Assembly (NCBI GenBank): GCA_052390515.1
Contig: JBQTGV010000118.1
Span: 1 to 43,360 of the forward strand
DNA: 43,360 nucleotides
Reading direction: 5' to 3'
Source of the DNA: Candidatus Eiseniibacteriota bacterium
GTDB lineage: Bacteria; ARS69
Shown: piece by piece, positions 8,999 through 16,909 of the stretch
How the letters are laid out: each line of letters starts with the position of its first letter
Numbering within the stretch: position 1 is the stretch's first letter
Position numbers and translations under genes: made by a program
The notes under the pieces: model-generated
Database searches by the model: none
Seen by the model: the letters and a program-made list of their open reading frames with translations, nothing else
Told to the model about the DNA's origin: nothing

Positions 8999-11161
8999 TC
9001 ACAGCCCGGCCGGCAGCTCGACCTCCCAGATACGGATCTCACCGACGGCCCAAGGGTCGTCGTCGAAGCCGATCTGGTCGAAGCCGTTGTCCGGGCAGGC
9101 GCTCAGGGCGACGAGAAGGCGAAGATCCCCCGGGACCGAACCAGACGCCCAGCGCGGGTGGAACACGCTGCGGTCGCAGTCCAGGTTCACCGTGGTTCCG
9201 GGCGTGGCGACCTCGAGCGGCGCGCCGTCCCGCTGCCAGCTCACCAGCCTCTGCACGTAGATCTTCCATCTTCCCGTCTCGTTCCCGGCGTAGGCGATGT
9301 AACGCACGCCCCCGGCGAACTCCGAAGTCAGCGCGGGATTCTGCAGCAGCGCCTCCGATCCCAGGACTTCCGAAATCGGCGGACGCTGCACGCTGGCCGG
9401 GTCGAAGTCCATCCGCCAGAGGGTCCCCTGGTCGCCCTCGGCGCGGAACGGCGACGCCAGCGCGCCAGGCGTGCCCGCCCGGGCAGCCTCGCGTCTGGCG
9501 ACCCGCACGTCCGGGACGAGGAATGCGCGCCCGCCCACCGGAGCCGCCGCGACGGAGCGCGCGCGCGCGGGGGCGGGCCCAGGCATGAGCGTGATGACGC
9601 CCAGCGGGTTGTCCACCAGCGCGGTAACCGCGACGCCGCTCACGACCGCGTCGGTGTACCCGGTCGCGCCCGCAACGATGTCGAAGGTGCCGGCGGGCAC
9701 GTTGAAGACCCGGAACGCACCGGTCGAGTCGGAAACCGTCGACGAGATCAGGTCGGCCGTGCCGGGCAGGAAAACCTCGACGAGCGCCGGCGGCAGCATC
9801 GGCGGGTTGTCGGAGAAGCTCAACGTGCCCGACACCGTCCCCGGCGGGAACAGGCTCACCCGCGTCGTCTTGCCCGGAGCGACCACCACCCGCGCGGTGT
9901 CGCGTAGCGAGGCCCGCGCGCCCGAGACGATCAGCGTCTCCTGCACCGCGGTGTCGATCGACTCGTCGGGGTTGACCGCGAACGGCATCAGGCACTCGAA
10001 GAGCATCTGTTCGCCGATGTTGTCCAGGCGCGTGTCCGAGGTGTAGTCCGTGATGATCTCGCGCACGTCCTTCCGGGTCCAGAACACGTCGGTCTGGGAG
10101 ACTCCGGACTCGATCAGCAGGCTGCCGCGGATGAGGTGGAAGTAGTAAGAGAGCGTGTCCGAATCGCCGGGCTGCAGGTCCGCGGCGATCACGATCGTCG
10201 TGTCGCAGTAGGTCTCCGTTCCCGCCGGGAGCAGGCTCGAGTCCAGCCGCACGCCGATCCGGAACGTCCCGCCGCTCCCCACCGGCAGCGAGCGAAGCAG
10301 CGTCGGAGTCCGCAGCGTGTCGATCCCGATGAAGACCGGATACGTCGGATCGTCGGCCGTGGGACTCTGGTAGCTCAGCCACGCCGCGGTGGAGGCGGTG
10401 TCCGGCGGAAACACGCTGTCGTCCACCTCGAACGCGCGCACCAGGGCGTCCGCCACGTTCTGCCGGCCGATCGTGTTGAAGACCCCCCCTCCATCGGGGG
10501 CGAAGAACGGGTGTCGGTCCACGAAGGTCTCGGTGGACGAAAACGGCGGCGGATCGAAGGTCAGCTGCCTCGGCGCGCCGGTCGGCGGTCCCGGCGCCGC
10601 GGGAATGTCGAGGGCAAACAACTTGTCGTCTCCGGAGAAGACGAGGGTGGTCTCCGTCGCCCAGGTCACGTCGCGGCCGTTGCGGGCCATCCGCTCCGGC
10701 AGGCCCAGCACCGGCGCCCCACCCGGCGCCGCCGGCAGCGTGACCGGCATTCGCCAGACCTCGTACGCCCCTCCGGCCGTCGTGTGCACGAACGCGATCT
10801 GCGTACCCGACGGAGACCACGTGGCGCCGAAGTTGTCTCCGGTGCCGAGCGCGTCGTCGGTGACCTGCCACTTCACGCTGGAAGCGAGATCCGCGCCCCT
10901 CTCCAGCAGCCAGACGTCCTCGTCGGTGTCGCGGTCCGCGTCGGGAGCCCCGGGCGTCTTCTCCACCGTACTGAACAGCATCCAGGTCGAGCTGGTGGGA
11001 TGCGCCTCGGGAAAGCGGCCGAGCCCCGGACTCACCTGGCTCCAGAACTCGCAGTTCTCGCAGATCGGCACCTCGTCGTCCGTCGCGCAGCCGGCGGCGA
11101 CCAGGAGAACGAGCGCCGCGAGCCTTTCCCAGCCCCGACGGTGGAAGCGAACCTGGCTCAT
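8999..11161 (-). CDS. Lipoprotein with TolB/PD40-like beta-propeller blades and a carboxypeptidase-regulatory-like domain
   Basis: Lipobox VAAG-C. ATWSPSGTQIAF, HPFFAPDG and FHPRW blade motifs. GTVSGTL...SDSTGAFRVFNVPAGTFDIVAGATGY prealbumin-like domain. Confidence 0.72.
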   Translation of the reverse strand: MSQVRFHRRGWERLAALVLLVAAGCATDDEVPICENCEFWSQVSPGLGRFPEAHPTSSTWMLFSTVEKTPGAPDADRDTDEDVWLLERGADLASSVKWQVTDDALGTGDNFGATWSPSGTQIAFVHTTAGGAYEVWRMPVTLPAAPGGAPVLGLPERMARNGRDVTWATETTLVFSGDDKLFALDIPAAPGPPTGAPRQLTFDPPPFSSTETFVDRHPFFAPDGGGVFNTIGRQNVADALVRAFEVDDSVFPPDTASTAAWLSYQSPTADDPTYPVFIGIDTLRTPTLLRSLPVGSGGTFRIGVRLDSSLLPAGTETYCDTTIVIAADLQPGDSDTLSYYFHLIRGSLLIESGVSQTDVFWTRKDVREIITDYTSDTRLDNIGEQMLFECLMPFAVNPDESIDTAVQETLIVSGARASLRDTARVVVAPGKTTRVSLFPPGTVSGTLSFSDNPPMLPPALVEVFLPGTADLISSTVSDSTGAFRVFNVPAGTFDIVAGATGYTDAVVSGVAVTALVDNPLGVITLMPGPAPARARSVAAAPVGGRAFLVPDVRVARREAARAGTPGALASPFRAEGDQGTLWRMDFDPASVQRPPISEVLGSEALLQNPALTSEFAGGVRYIAYAGNETGRWKIYVQRLVSWQRDGAPLEVATPGTTVNLDCDRSVFHPRWASGSVPGDLRLLVALSACPDNGFDQIGFDDDPWAVGEIRIWEVELPAGL

Positions 11162-11239
11162 GGGGGGGATACCGTCTCCCTCCGTGCTGCGAGAAGAATG
11201 GCGGGATCGAAGCGACCAGGGTCGGGAAAAGCGGACCTG

Positions 11240-11268
11240 ACTATATGCAGGCCCCCCGGGGGTGTCAA
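11240..11268 (-). promoter_or_regulatory. Sigma70-type promoter TTGACA-N17-TATAGT
   Basis: -35 at 11268-11263, 17-nt spacer, -10 at 11245-11240, upstream of the ATG at 11161. Confidence 0.75.
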
Positions 11269-11336
11269 GCGGACCGGCGCCACCGACTTGTCGTCTAACT
11301 TTTCTCGCGACAATCGTTTGCGCCGATCGATGCGGC

Positions 11337-12644
11337 TCACTCGACGTATCCGAGAGCTTCGACTTGCTCGCGGATTTCGCGCGCGACGGGCGACTCCGGA
11401 GCCTCGCCCGCGCGCGGCAACGGCGTCGTCTCCCAGGTCGGCACCGTCCGGGGCGCGCGGTCGCGCCCGCCTTCCGGTCCCAGCAGAGCGATCGCCACCT
11501 CGCCGTCCAGATCCTCCCCGACCGGAAGGTCGAGCGCGTGCAGGAGCGTCGGGAGGATGTCCTGGACGCGCGCTCCGGTTACCACCGCCCCTTCCGCGGC
11601 CGCCCAGGGACCGGCCAGGAGCACCGTCCCCAGCTCGCGGTGCATGTAGATGCCCTGCCGCGCGGACTGGTCGATTCCCACCCGGGGCCCCTGGAAGCCG
11701 TGATCCGAGACCAGCAGGACCGACGTCCGGCGAAGATCGATCTCCCGGAGGATCCCGCCCAGCAGACGGTCTGTCTCTTCGAGGTAGCGGTCGACGGTCT
11801 GCCCGAAGAGGCGGGTGGACGCGGTCGTGTCGCCCTGCGCGACGCGTTCCCGATCGCCCCAGAACTGGTGGCACACCGCGTCGGGTCCGCGCAGGTACAC
11901 CGCCATCACGTCCTCGGGGCGGTTCCGCAGGAACTCCCTCGCGACGGCGGCGAAAGTGAGGTCGCCGGCCCAGATCCAACGCAGCGCGTCCATTCCTTCG
12001 CGCGCGCCGCGCGGCGGCTCCGCGCCGATTCCCTCGCCGAGCAGGACACGCAGGCTCTCGTCCGCGATGGAGTCGGCGCGCACGACCAGCGGCTCGATCT
12101 CCTGCTCCAGCTGCGCGGGATGCGTTCGCCCCGTCGTTCCCGCGCCCTCCGCACCCTGCGCGACGAAGTACTTCACGTAGTCGGTGACGATCGTGCCGTT
12201 CACTTCCTCCGCCGGCCAGGTCTCGAGCCACCCCAGCACCGACACGCTCAGTCCGGCCTCGGACACGATGTTCCAGAACGCCCGCGTCGTCCGGTGCCAC
12301 GCCGTGTAGACCTGCCGCGCCGCTCCGTCCTCGCCCTGCGCGGGCACCAGGAATCCGCGCCCCTTCTCCGCCGGCAGCCGCCCGGTCGCGATCGTCGTCC
12401 AGATCACCGGCGACTTCTCCAGCGGGACGAGCGTGAGCAGGTCGGCCCGCGTCCCGCGGCGCAGAAGGTCCGCGAGCACCGGCATCGTGCCCCGCTCGAC
12501 GAGCGGATCCACCAGATTCCAGTCGAAACCGTCGATGCCGATGATCACGACGCGCGGCGGCGCGCGACGCTCCGGCCCCGCGCAGCCCGGGCCGAGCAGC
12601 AGGGCGAACGCCAGGAACGACGCTGTCCCGCGCGCGATGCTCAT
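11337..12644 (-). CDS. Alkaline phosphatase superfamily (phosphodiesterase/NPP-like) lipoprotein
   Basis: Lipobox LGPG-C. IIGIDG, SPVIWTTIATG, PDAVCH, SDHG and HR motifs. C-terminal ALGYVE. ATG at 12644 overlaps the upstream stop (ATGA). Confidence 0.85.
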   Translation of the reverse strand: MSIARGTASFLAFALLLGPGCAGPERRAPPRVVIIGIDGFDWNLVDPLVERGTMPVLADLLRRGTRADLLTLVPLEKSPVIWTTIATGRLPAEKGRGFLVPAQGEDGAARQVYTAWHRTTRAFWNIVSEAGLSVSVLGWLETWPAEEVNGTIVTDYVKYFVAQGAEGAGTTGRTHPAQLEQEIEPLVVRADSIADESLRVLLGEGIGAEPPRGAREGMDALRWIWAGDLTFAAVAREFLRNRPEDVMAVYLRGPDAVCHQFWGDRERVAQGDTTASTRLFGQTVDRYLEETDRLLGGILREIDLRRTSVLLVSDHGFQGPRVGIDQSARQGIYMHRELGTVLLAGPWAAAEGAVVTGARVQDILPTLLHALDLPVGEDLDGEVAIALLGPEGGRDRAPRTVPTWETTPLPRAGEAPESPVAREIREQVEALGYVE

Positions 12645-15034
12645 CCGCCGGCCCGTCCGGTCCAGTGCGCGCGTCGCGCCTGCAGGACGGCGGCGTCCCC
12701 CCCGACCTCGCCGAACCGCGCGAACCAGCGCCCCGCTTCCGCCGCGTCTCCGCGCAGCCGCTCGTGCACGAGGCCGAGCTCGAGGTACGCATCCGGATGG
12801 GTGGGGTGGCGGCGAACCTCCTCGGTCAGCTGCGCCACTGCCGTGTCCACCTCGCCGCGGCTCGCGGCCATCTGCGCGAGCGTGATCCGCACGCCGGGGA
12901 AGCCCTCGTCCTCGGCCAGCGCGCGGCGCAGCGCGTCCTCGCTGCCTTCGCGTTCGTCCATCGTGGAGAGGATGCGCCCCAGCACGGCGTACGCCTCGGC
13001 GCAGTGCCCGCCGGCCTCGAAGTACATGCGCAGCACCGCGAGCGCTTCCGGGATCCGCGCGCGGATCCGTGACACCTCCGCGAGGCGGAACAATCGGTCT
13101 TCGAAGCAGGCGCCGCGACCCGACGAAGCCAGGCGCCGGCGCTCCTCCAGGTACGCCGCCCACTTCCCGCTCTGGGCCCGCACCGTCTCGTGCTGCTGGG
13201 GGTCCCAGCGGCCGTCGTACTCCAGAATTGCCGAGAACTGCGCCGCCGCGCTCGCCGTGTCACCGGCGACGAAGTGCATCTCACCGAGCGCCAGCCGCGC
13301 GACGAGGTAGCGCGGCTCGATCTCCACCGCACGCGCGTACGCCAGCAGCGCTTCGTCGTGCCGCCCGAGCTCTTCGAGAACCGCGCCGCGGTTGTACGGC
13401 GCCCGCGAGTACGCGGGATCGAGACGCTCCGCCTCCGCCAGATGCAGCAGCGCCTCCTCGTGCCGTCCGACCCGCGCCAGATCCACGCCGAGGTTCAGGT
13501 GTCCCTTCTCGTAATCCGGCTTCAGCGAGAGCGCCTCCTCGTACTTCGCGATGGCCGCGTCCCAGGCCTGCCGCGAGTCCTCCACGATTCCCTGCCGGTA
13601 GATGATCTGCGCGATGCCCTTGGACTCGTCGATTCCGTAGAAGTTCGCCTGCATGAGCCACGCGCACGCCGCCGCAGAACCCGCCGCCCCTCCGACGAGC
13701 TTCCAACGCCGCGCGCGCACCGCCGACACGATCTCGAGGGCGGCGAACGCCGCGAACAGCAGGAGCGCGGGGAGGATGGGGAGCCGATACCTCGCCACCA
13801 CGAAGAACAGGACGATCGACGTGGAGTAAGCGATGGTGAAGAGGTAGGGCAGCAGCCAGGGCCGCGCCCGGCGAAGCGCCAGGGCCATGCCCACCACTGA
13901 CAGCGGCCCGATCACGCCGAAGGTGAGCGCCGGACCACGCAGCGGCATCGACCAGCGCCGGAAGTACTCGAAGTGATCGATCTGGGGAATCTCGTACGTG
14001 CTCCAGAAGTGCACGAACTTGCGCACCAGCCCGGCGGCGAACGTGCCCGGATGCCGCCGCACGTGCTTCATCGTCTCGTCGAACCAGAACGAGGACACTT
14101 CGCTGTACTTCATGGCGCGTCCCGTGGCCAGTTCCGCCTCCGTGCGACACTCGACGTCCTTGGTGAGGTCGGCCTCGATGGCCTGGACCGATCCGTCGGG
14201 ACGCTCCAGGTACAGGACCGGCGTGAGGTGTCCGCCGTTCGCCATGGGACCGTTGCCGATGTAGAAGTTGAGTCCGCCGTTGGTGGTCAGCAGGACGGGA
14301 TCGCCCGCTCTCCAATTGTGGATCGTCGCCGGCAGGATGAAGAGGAGCGTCCCGAGCGCCAGCGCCAGGCCTCCCGGCAGCGCCTTCCGCCACTCCGCCC
14401 TCGACGTCGTCGGTTCGAGCACGCGCCCCCACGCGGCCAGCAGCCATAAGAACGCGAGCGGGGCGAAGATGAGGATAGCGGCGTTGCCCAGCGCGTAGGT
14501 GCCGAGCACCGCCCCTGCGGCGAAGGCCCAGCGGCTCGATCGCCGATCGGCGGCCTCGAAGAGCAGCAGGAGGAGCGCCGTCGAGAGGAAGATCAGCAAC
14601 GTGGGATACAGGATCGAGACCGACTCGAACACGTAGGGGCCGTACACCGCCGCGGCTCCCGACGCGATCATCGCGAGCGTCGGTCCGGCCAGGCGACGCG
14701 CCAGTAGGTGCATCAGCGCCACGGACGCGACGGATCCCGCGACCTGCAGGTGGCGAACGGCGTCCAGGCTCGGACCGAAGACCTTGTAGACCGCGGCGAG
14801 CAGGTACGGGTACAGCGGCCCCATGAAGAAGGGATCCTCGGCCTGCAGGCCGTCGCGCAGGATACGCTTCGCCCACTCGTCGTAATACAGGGCGTCGAGG
14901 CCGAGGAAGTCGAACCAGGCGTACGGGGCGAAGCTGTTCCAGTGCAGCAGACGCATCGCCCAGGCAACGATCAGCGCGCCGGCGAGGAACCTGCGTTCGA
15001 GCATCGTCCAGGGCGCGACGGGGACGGCGCTCAT
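12641..15034 (-). CDS. ArnT/PMT-like (GT39/GT83-type) membrane glycosyltransferase with C-terminal TPR array
   Basis: LDALYYDEWA, PFFMGPLYPYLLA, NGGLNFYIGN and VARYRLP motifs, many TM helices, then several TPRs (ALSLKPDYEKGHLNLG, AERLDPAYSRAPYNRG). Start ATG at 15034. Confidence 0.82.
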   Translation of the reverse strand: MSAVPVAPWTMLERRFLAGALIVAWAMRLLHWNSFAPYAWFDFLGLDALYYDEWAKRILRDGLQAEDPFFMGPLYPYLLAAVYKVFGPSLDAVRHLQVAGSVASVALMHLLARRLAGPTLAMIASGAAAVYGPYVFESVSILYPTLLIFLSTALLLLLFEAADRRSSRWAFAAGAVLGTYALGNAAILIFAPLAFLWLLAAWGRVLEPTTSRAEWRKALPGGLALALGTLLFILPATIHNWRAGDPVLLTTNGGLNFYIGNGPMANGGHLTPVLYLERPDGSVQAIEADLTKDVECRTEAELATGRAMKYSEVSSFWFDETMKHVRRHPGTFAAGLVRKFVHFWSTYEIPQIDHFEYFRRWSMPLRGPALTFGVIGPLSVVGMALALRRARPWLLPYLFTIAYSTSIVLFFVVARYRLPILPALLLFAAFAALEIVSAVRARRWKLVGGAAGSAAACAWLMQANFYGIDESKGIAQIIYRQGIVEDSRQAWDAAIAKYEEALSLKPDYEKGHLNLGVDLARVGRHEEALLHLAEAERLDPAYSRAPYNRGAVLEELGRHDEALLAYARAVEIEPRYLVARLALGEMHFVAGDTASAAAQFSAILEYDGRWDPQQHETVRAQSGKWAAYLEERRRLASSGRGACFEDRLFRLAEVSRIRARIPEALAVLRMYFEAGGHCAEAYAVLGRILSTMDEREGSEDALRRALAEDEGFPGVRITLAQMAASRGEVDTAVAQLTEEVRRHPTHPDAYLELGLVHERLRGDAAEAGRWFARFGEVGGDAAVLQARRAHWTGRAGG

Positions 15035-15036
15035 CG

Positions 15037-16569
15037 CTACTGCACGTAGCCCAGCGCGCGCAGCTGTTCCTCGACGCCTGCGTCCACTCCCACGGGAGCG
15101 GTCGTGCCCGGCCGGCGCAGCTCCACCCGCGAATCGCCGCTGAACAGCATCGGGCGCTCCACGAAGTACGTCGCCGGAAAGACCTTGCGCGGGAAGTTGT
15201 GCAGGTAGCGGCGCGGCACTTTCTCGCCCAGCACGTGCAGCGCCACGGCGGGTACGTCGGCGAGGTCCAGGTCGCGGACCGGACCCGCCACGATCGGCGG
15301 ACCGCACGCCGCGAAGTAGCCCAGGCGGCGGTGATAGGCGGAGAAGCTCCGCGCCGGCATCACGCCGGTGAGCGCGTCGGCGGCGGAGTTCCCCGGAACG
15401 AACACGAAGCCCTCGGCCTCCTCGGCGACGATCTCGGGGCCGAGATCCCGCCCGTATCCGCGCGACGCCTCGCTCCGCGTGTCGTGCACGCGCTGCACGA
15501 GCGGCCGGCCGCGATCATCGCGGAGACCCTCCAGTCCACGCGCGAAGGCCGCGCGGCGCGTCGAGTCGGCGCCGCCGAGCCAGAAGTCGCCACCGAAGAC
15601 GTTGCGCGTGCCCGCGCCCGAGGGCACGGCCTCCCCCAGGTCCGCGAGCACGCGTGCCTTGGAGATCCCCCAGTAGGCCGGACCGAACCCGTGGTCGGAG
15701 AGGACGAACAGCACCGCCTCGTCCGGCAGGCGATCCCGCACCTCGCCGAGCACGTCGTCGCAGAACACGTAGCTCTCGCGCACCGCCTCGCGGAGAACCG
15801 CCGGAGCGGAAGCGTCGTGCCGCGGGTGCTCGGGATCGTGGAACTTCCAGAGGTGGTGCTGGATGCGGTCGGGCGCGGTGAACACGATGAACGAGAGATC
15901 CGGCCGACGCTCGAAGAGCAGGTCGAGACCCACCTCGCGCTGCGCGCGCGCGATGGCCTGCACCTGCTGCAGCCACTGCTCCTCCCGGCCGGGCTCGGGC
16001 GCGCCGCCGTACTGGTCGCGGAGGTACCCGCGCCGCAGGATGTCCGCCTCGAGATCCGGCGGGAAGGTGAGCGGCGCTCCCTCCGGGTAGGGGAATCCCG
16101 AGATCAGGAAGCCGTTCACCGAGTCGGGCGGCGACGTCACGGGGACGTTCACGATCCCCACCGTGCGGCCCGTCGTGGTCAGGTCCTCCCAGATCGCCGG
16201 AGCGAGGCGGCAAGTCGCATCGACGTAGCGACCTCGCGGATCGTCGCCCTGGGGAAGCCAGAAGCTCCAGATGCCGTGATCGGACGGCGGCACGCCGGTG
16301 ACGACCGTGGTCCAGGCGGGCGGCGAGATGGAGGGAATCGTGCTGCGAACGGCGCCGACGGCGCCCTCGCGGCGGAGCGCGGCGAAGTTCGGCAGCAGAC
16401 CTTCGTTCTCGAAGCGCGCGAGGATGCCGGGATCGATCCCGTCGAAGCCCAAGATGAAGACGGGCCGCGGCGCCGCTGCTTCGGCCACGGTCGGCTCACG
16501 CGGATCCGCGGCGCAGCCGCCGAGGAGCGGCACGAGCAAGACCGAGGCGAAGCTGCGTACGCGGGACAT
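15037..16569 (-). CDS. Alkaline phosphatase superfamily (phosphodiesterase/NPP-like) lipoprotein
   Basis: Lipobox LLGG-C. ILGFDG, STIPSISPPAWTTVVTG, PDRIQHHLW and SDHGFG motifs. C-terminal LRALGYVQ. Start ATG at 16569. Confidence 0.85.
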   Translation of the reverse strand: MSRVRSFASVLLVPLLGGCAADPREPTVAEAAAPRPVFILGFDGIDPGILARFENEGLLPNFAALRREGAVGAVRSTIPSISPPAWTTVVTGVPPSDHGIWSFWLPQGDDPRGRYVDATCRLAPAIWEDLTTTGRTVGIVNVPVTSPPDSVNGFLISGFPYPEGAPLTFPPDLEADILRRGYLRDQYGGAPEPGREEQWLQQVQAIARAQREVGLDLLFERRPDLSFIVFTAPDRIQHHLWKFHDPEHPRHDASAPAVLREAVRESYVFCDDVLGEVRDRLPDEAVLFVLSDHGFGPAYWGISKARVLADLGEAVPSGAGTRNVFGGDFWLGGADSTRRAAFARGLEGLRDDRGRPLVQRVHDTRSEASRGYGRDLGPEIVAEEAEGFVFVPGNSAADALTGVMPARSFSAYHRRLGYFAACGPPIVAGPVRDLDLADVPAVALHVLGEKVPRRYLHNFPRKVFPATYFVERPMLFSGDSRVELRRPGTTAPVGVDAGVEEQLRALGYVQ

Positions 16570-16614
16570 CCGGGCTCCGAGGGCTGGCCGACCTCGTCGG
16601 GGGCAAGGCCTTCG

Positions 16615-16643
16615 AGTGTAGAGGACCGGTTCCGGGGCCACAA
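16615..16643 (-). promoter_or_regulatory. Possible sigma70 promoter TTGTGG-N17-TACACT
   Basis: -10-like TACACT at 16620-16615 and TTG-initiated -35 at 16643-16638 with 17-nt spacing, in the only large gap of the cluster. Confidence 0.4.
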
Positions 16644-16730
16644 GGTTCCGCGCCGCGGGGGTGGTGAGTCACTTTGGGACGTGCGCGCCGTGCGAGGTCG
16701 AGGGCCGGGGCACCGGGCTAGAACAACCCT

Positions 16731-16877
16731 CGCGACGCAGCGCCCCGAGGATGGGGCCCGCGCGAGTTCCGCAGCGGGTGCGCAGGCCGTGCGAAACGAC
16801 GACGCGCGAAGAGGAACCTCTGCGCACCCGCGAGGACTGTCTGAGCCCGGGCCCCGTCCTCGGGGCGCTGCGTCGCG
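16731..16877. repeat. Long intergenic inverted repeat (147-nt hairpin; REP/MITE-like element or small RNA)
   Basis: 16731-16760 and 16848-16877 are reverse complements over 30 nt with one mismatch (a G-U pair on the + strand). Inner perfect 12-bp stem 16774-16785/16820-16831. Confidence 0.85.
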
Positions 16878-16909
16878 GCGGGAAACCGCGGCGCACCGCG
16901 CGTCGGCCC

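Noticed and set aside
11162-11262. G7 tract next to the start codon and C6G5 in the promoter spacer as phase-variation sites
   Set aside because: Tracts this short are common at high GC and there is no evidence of length variation.
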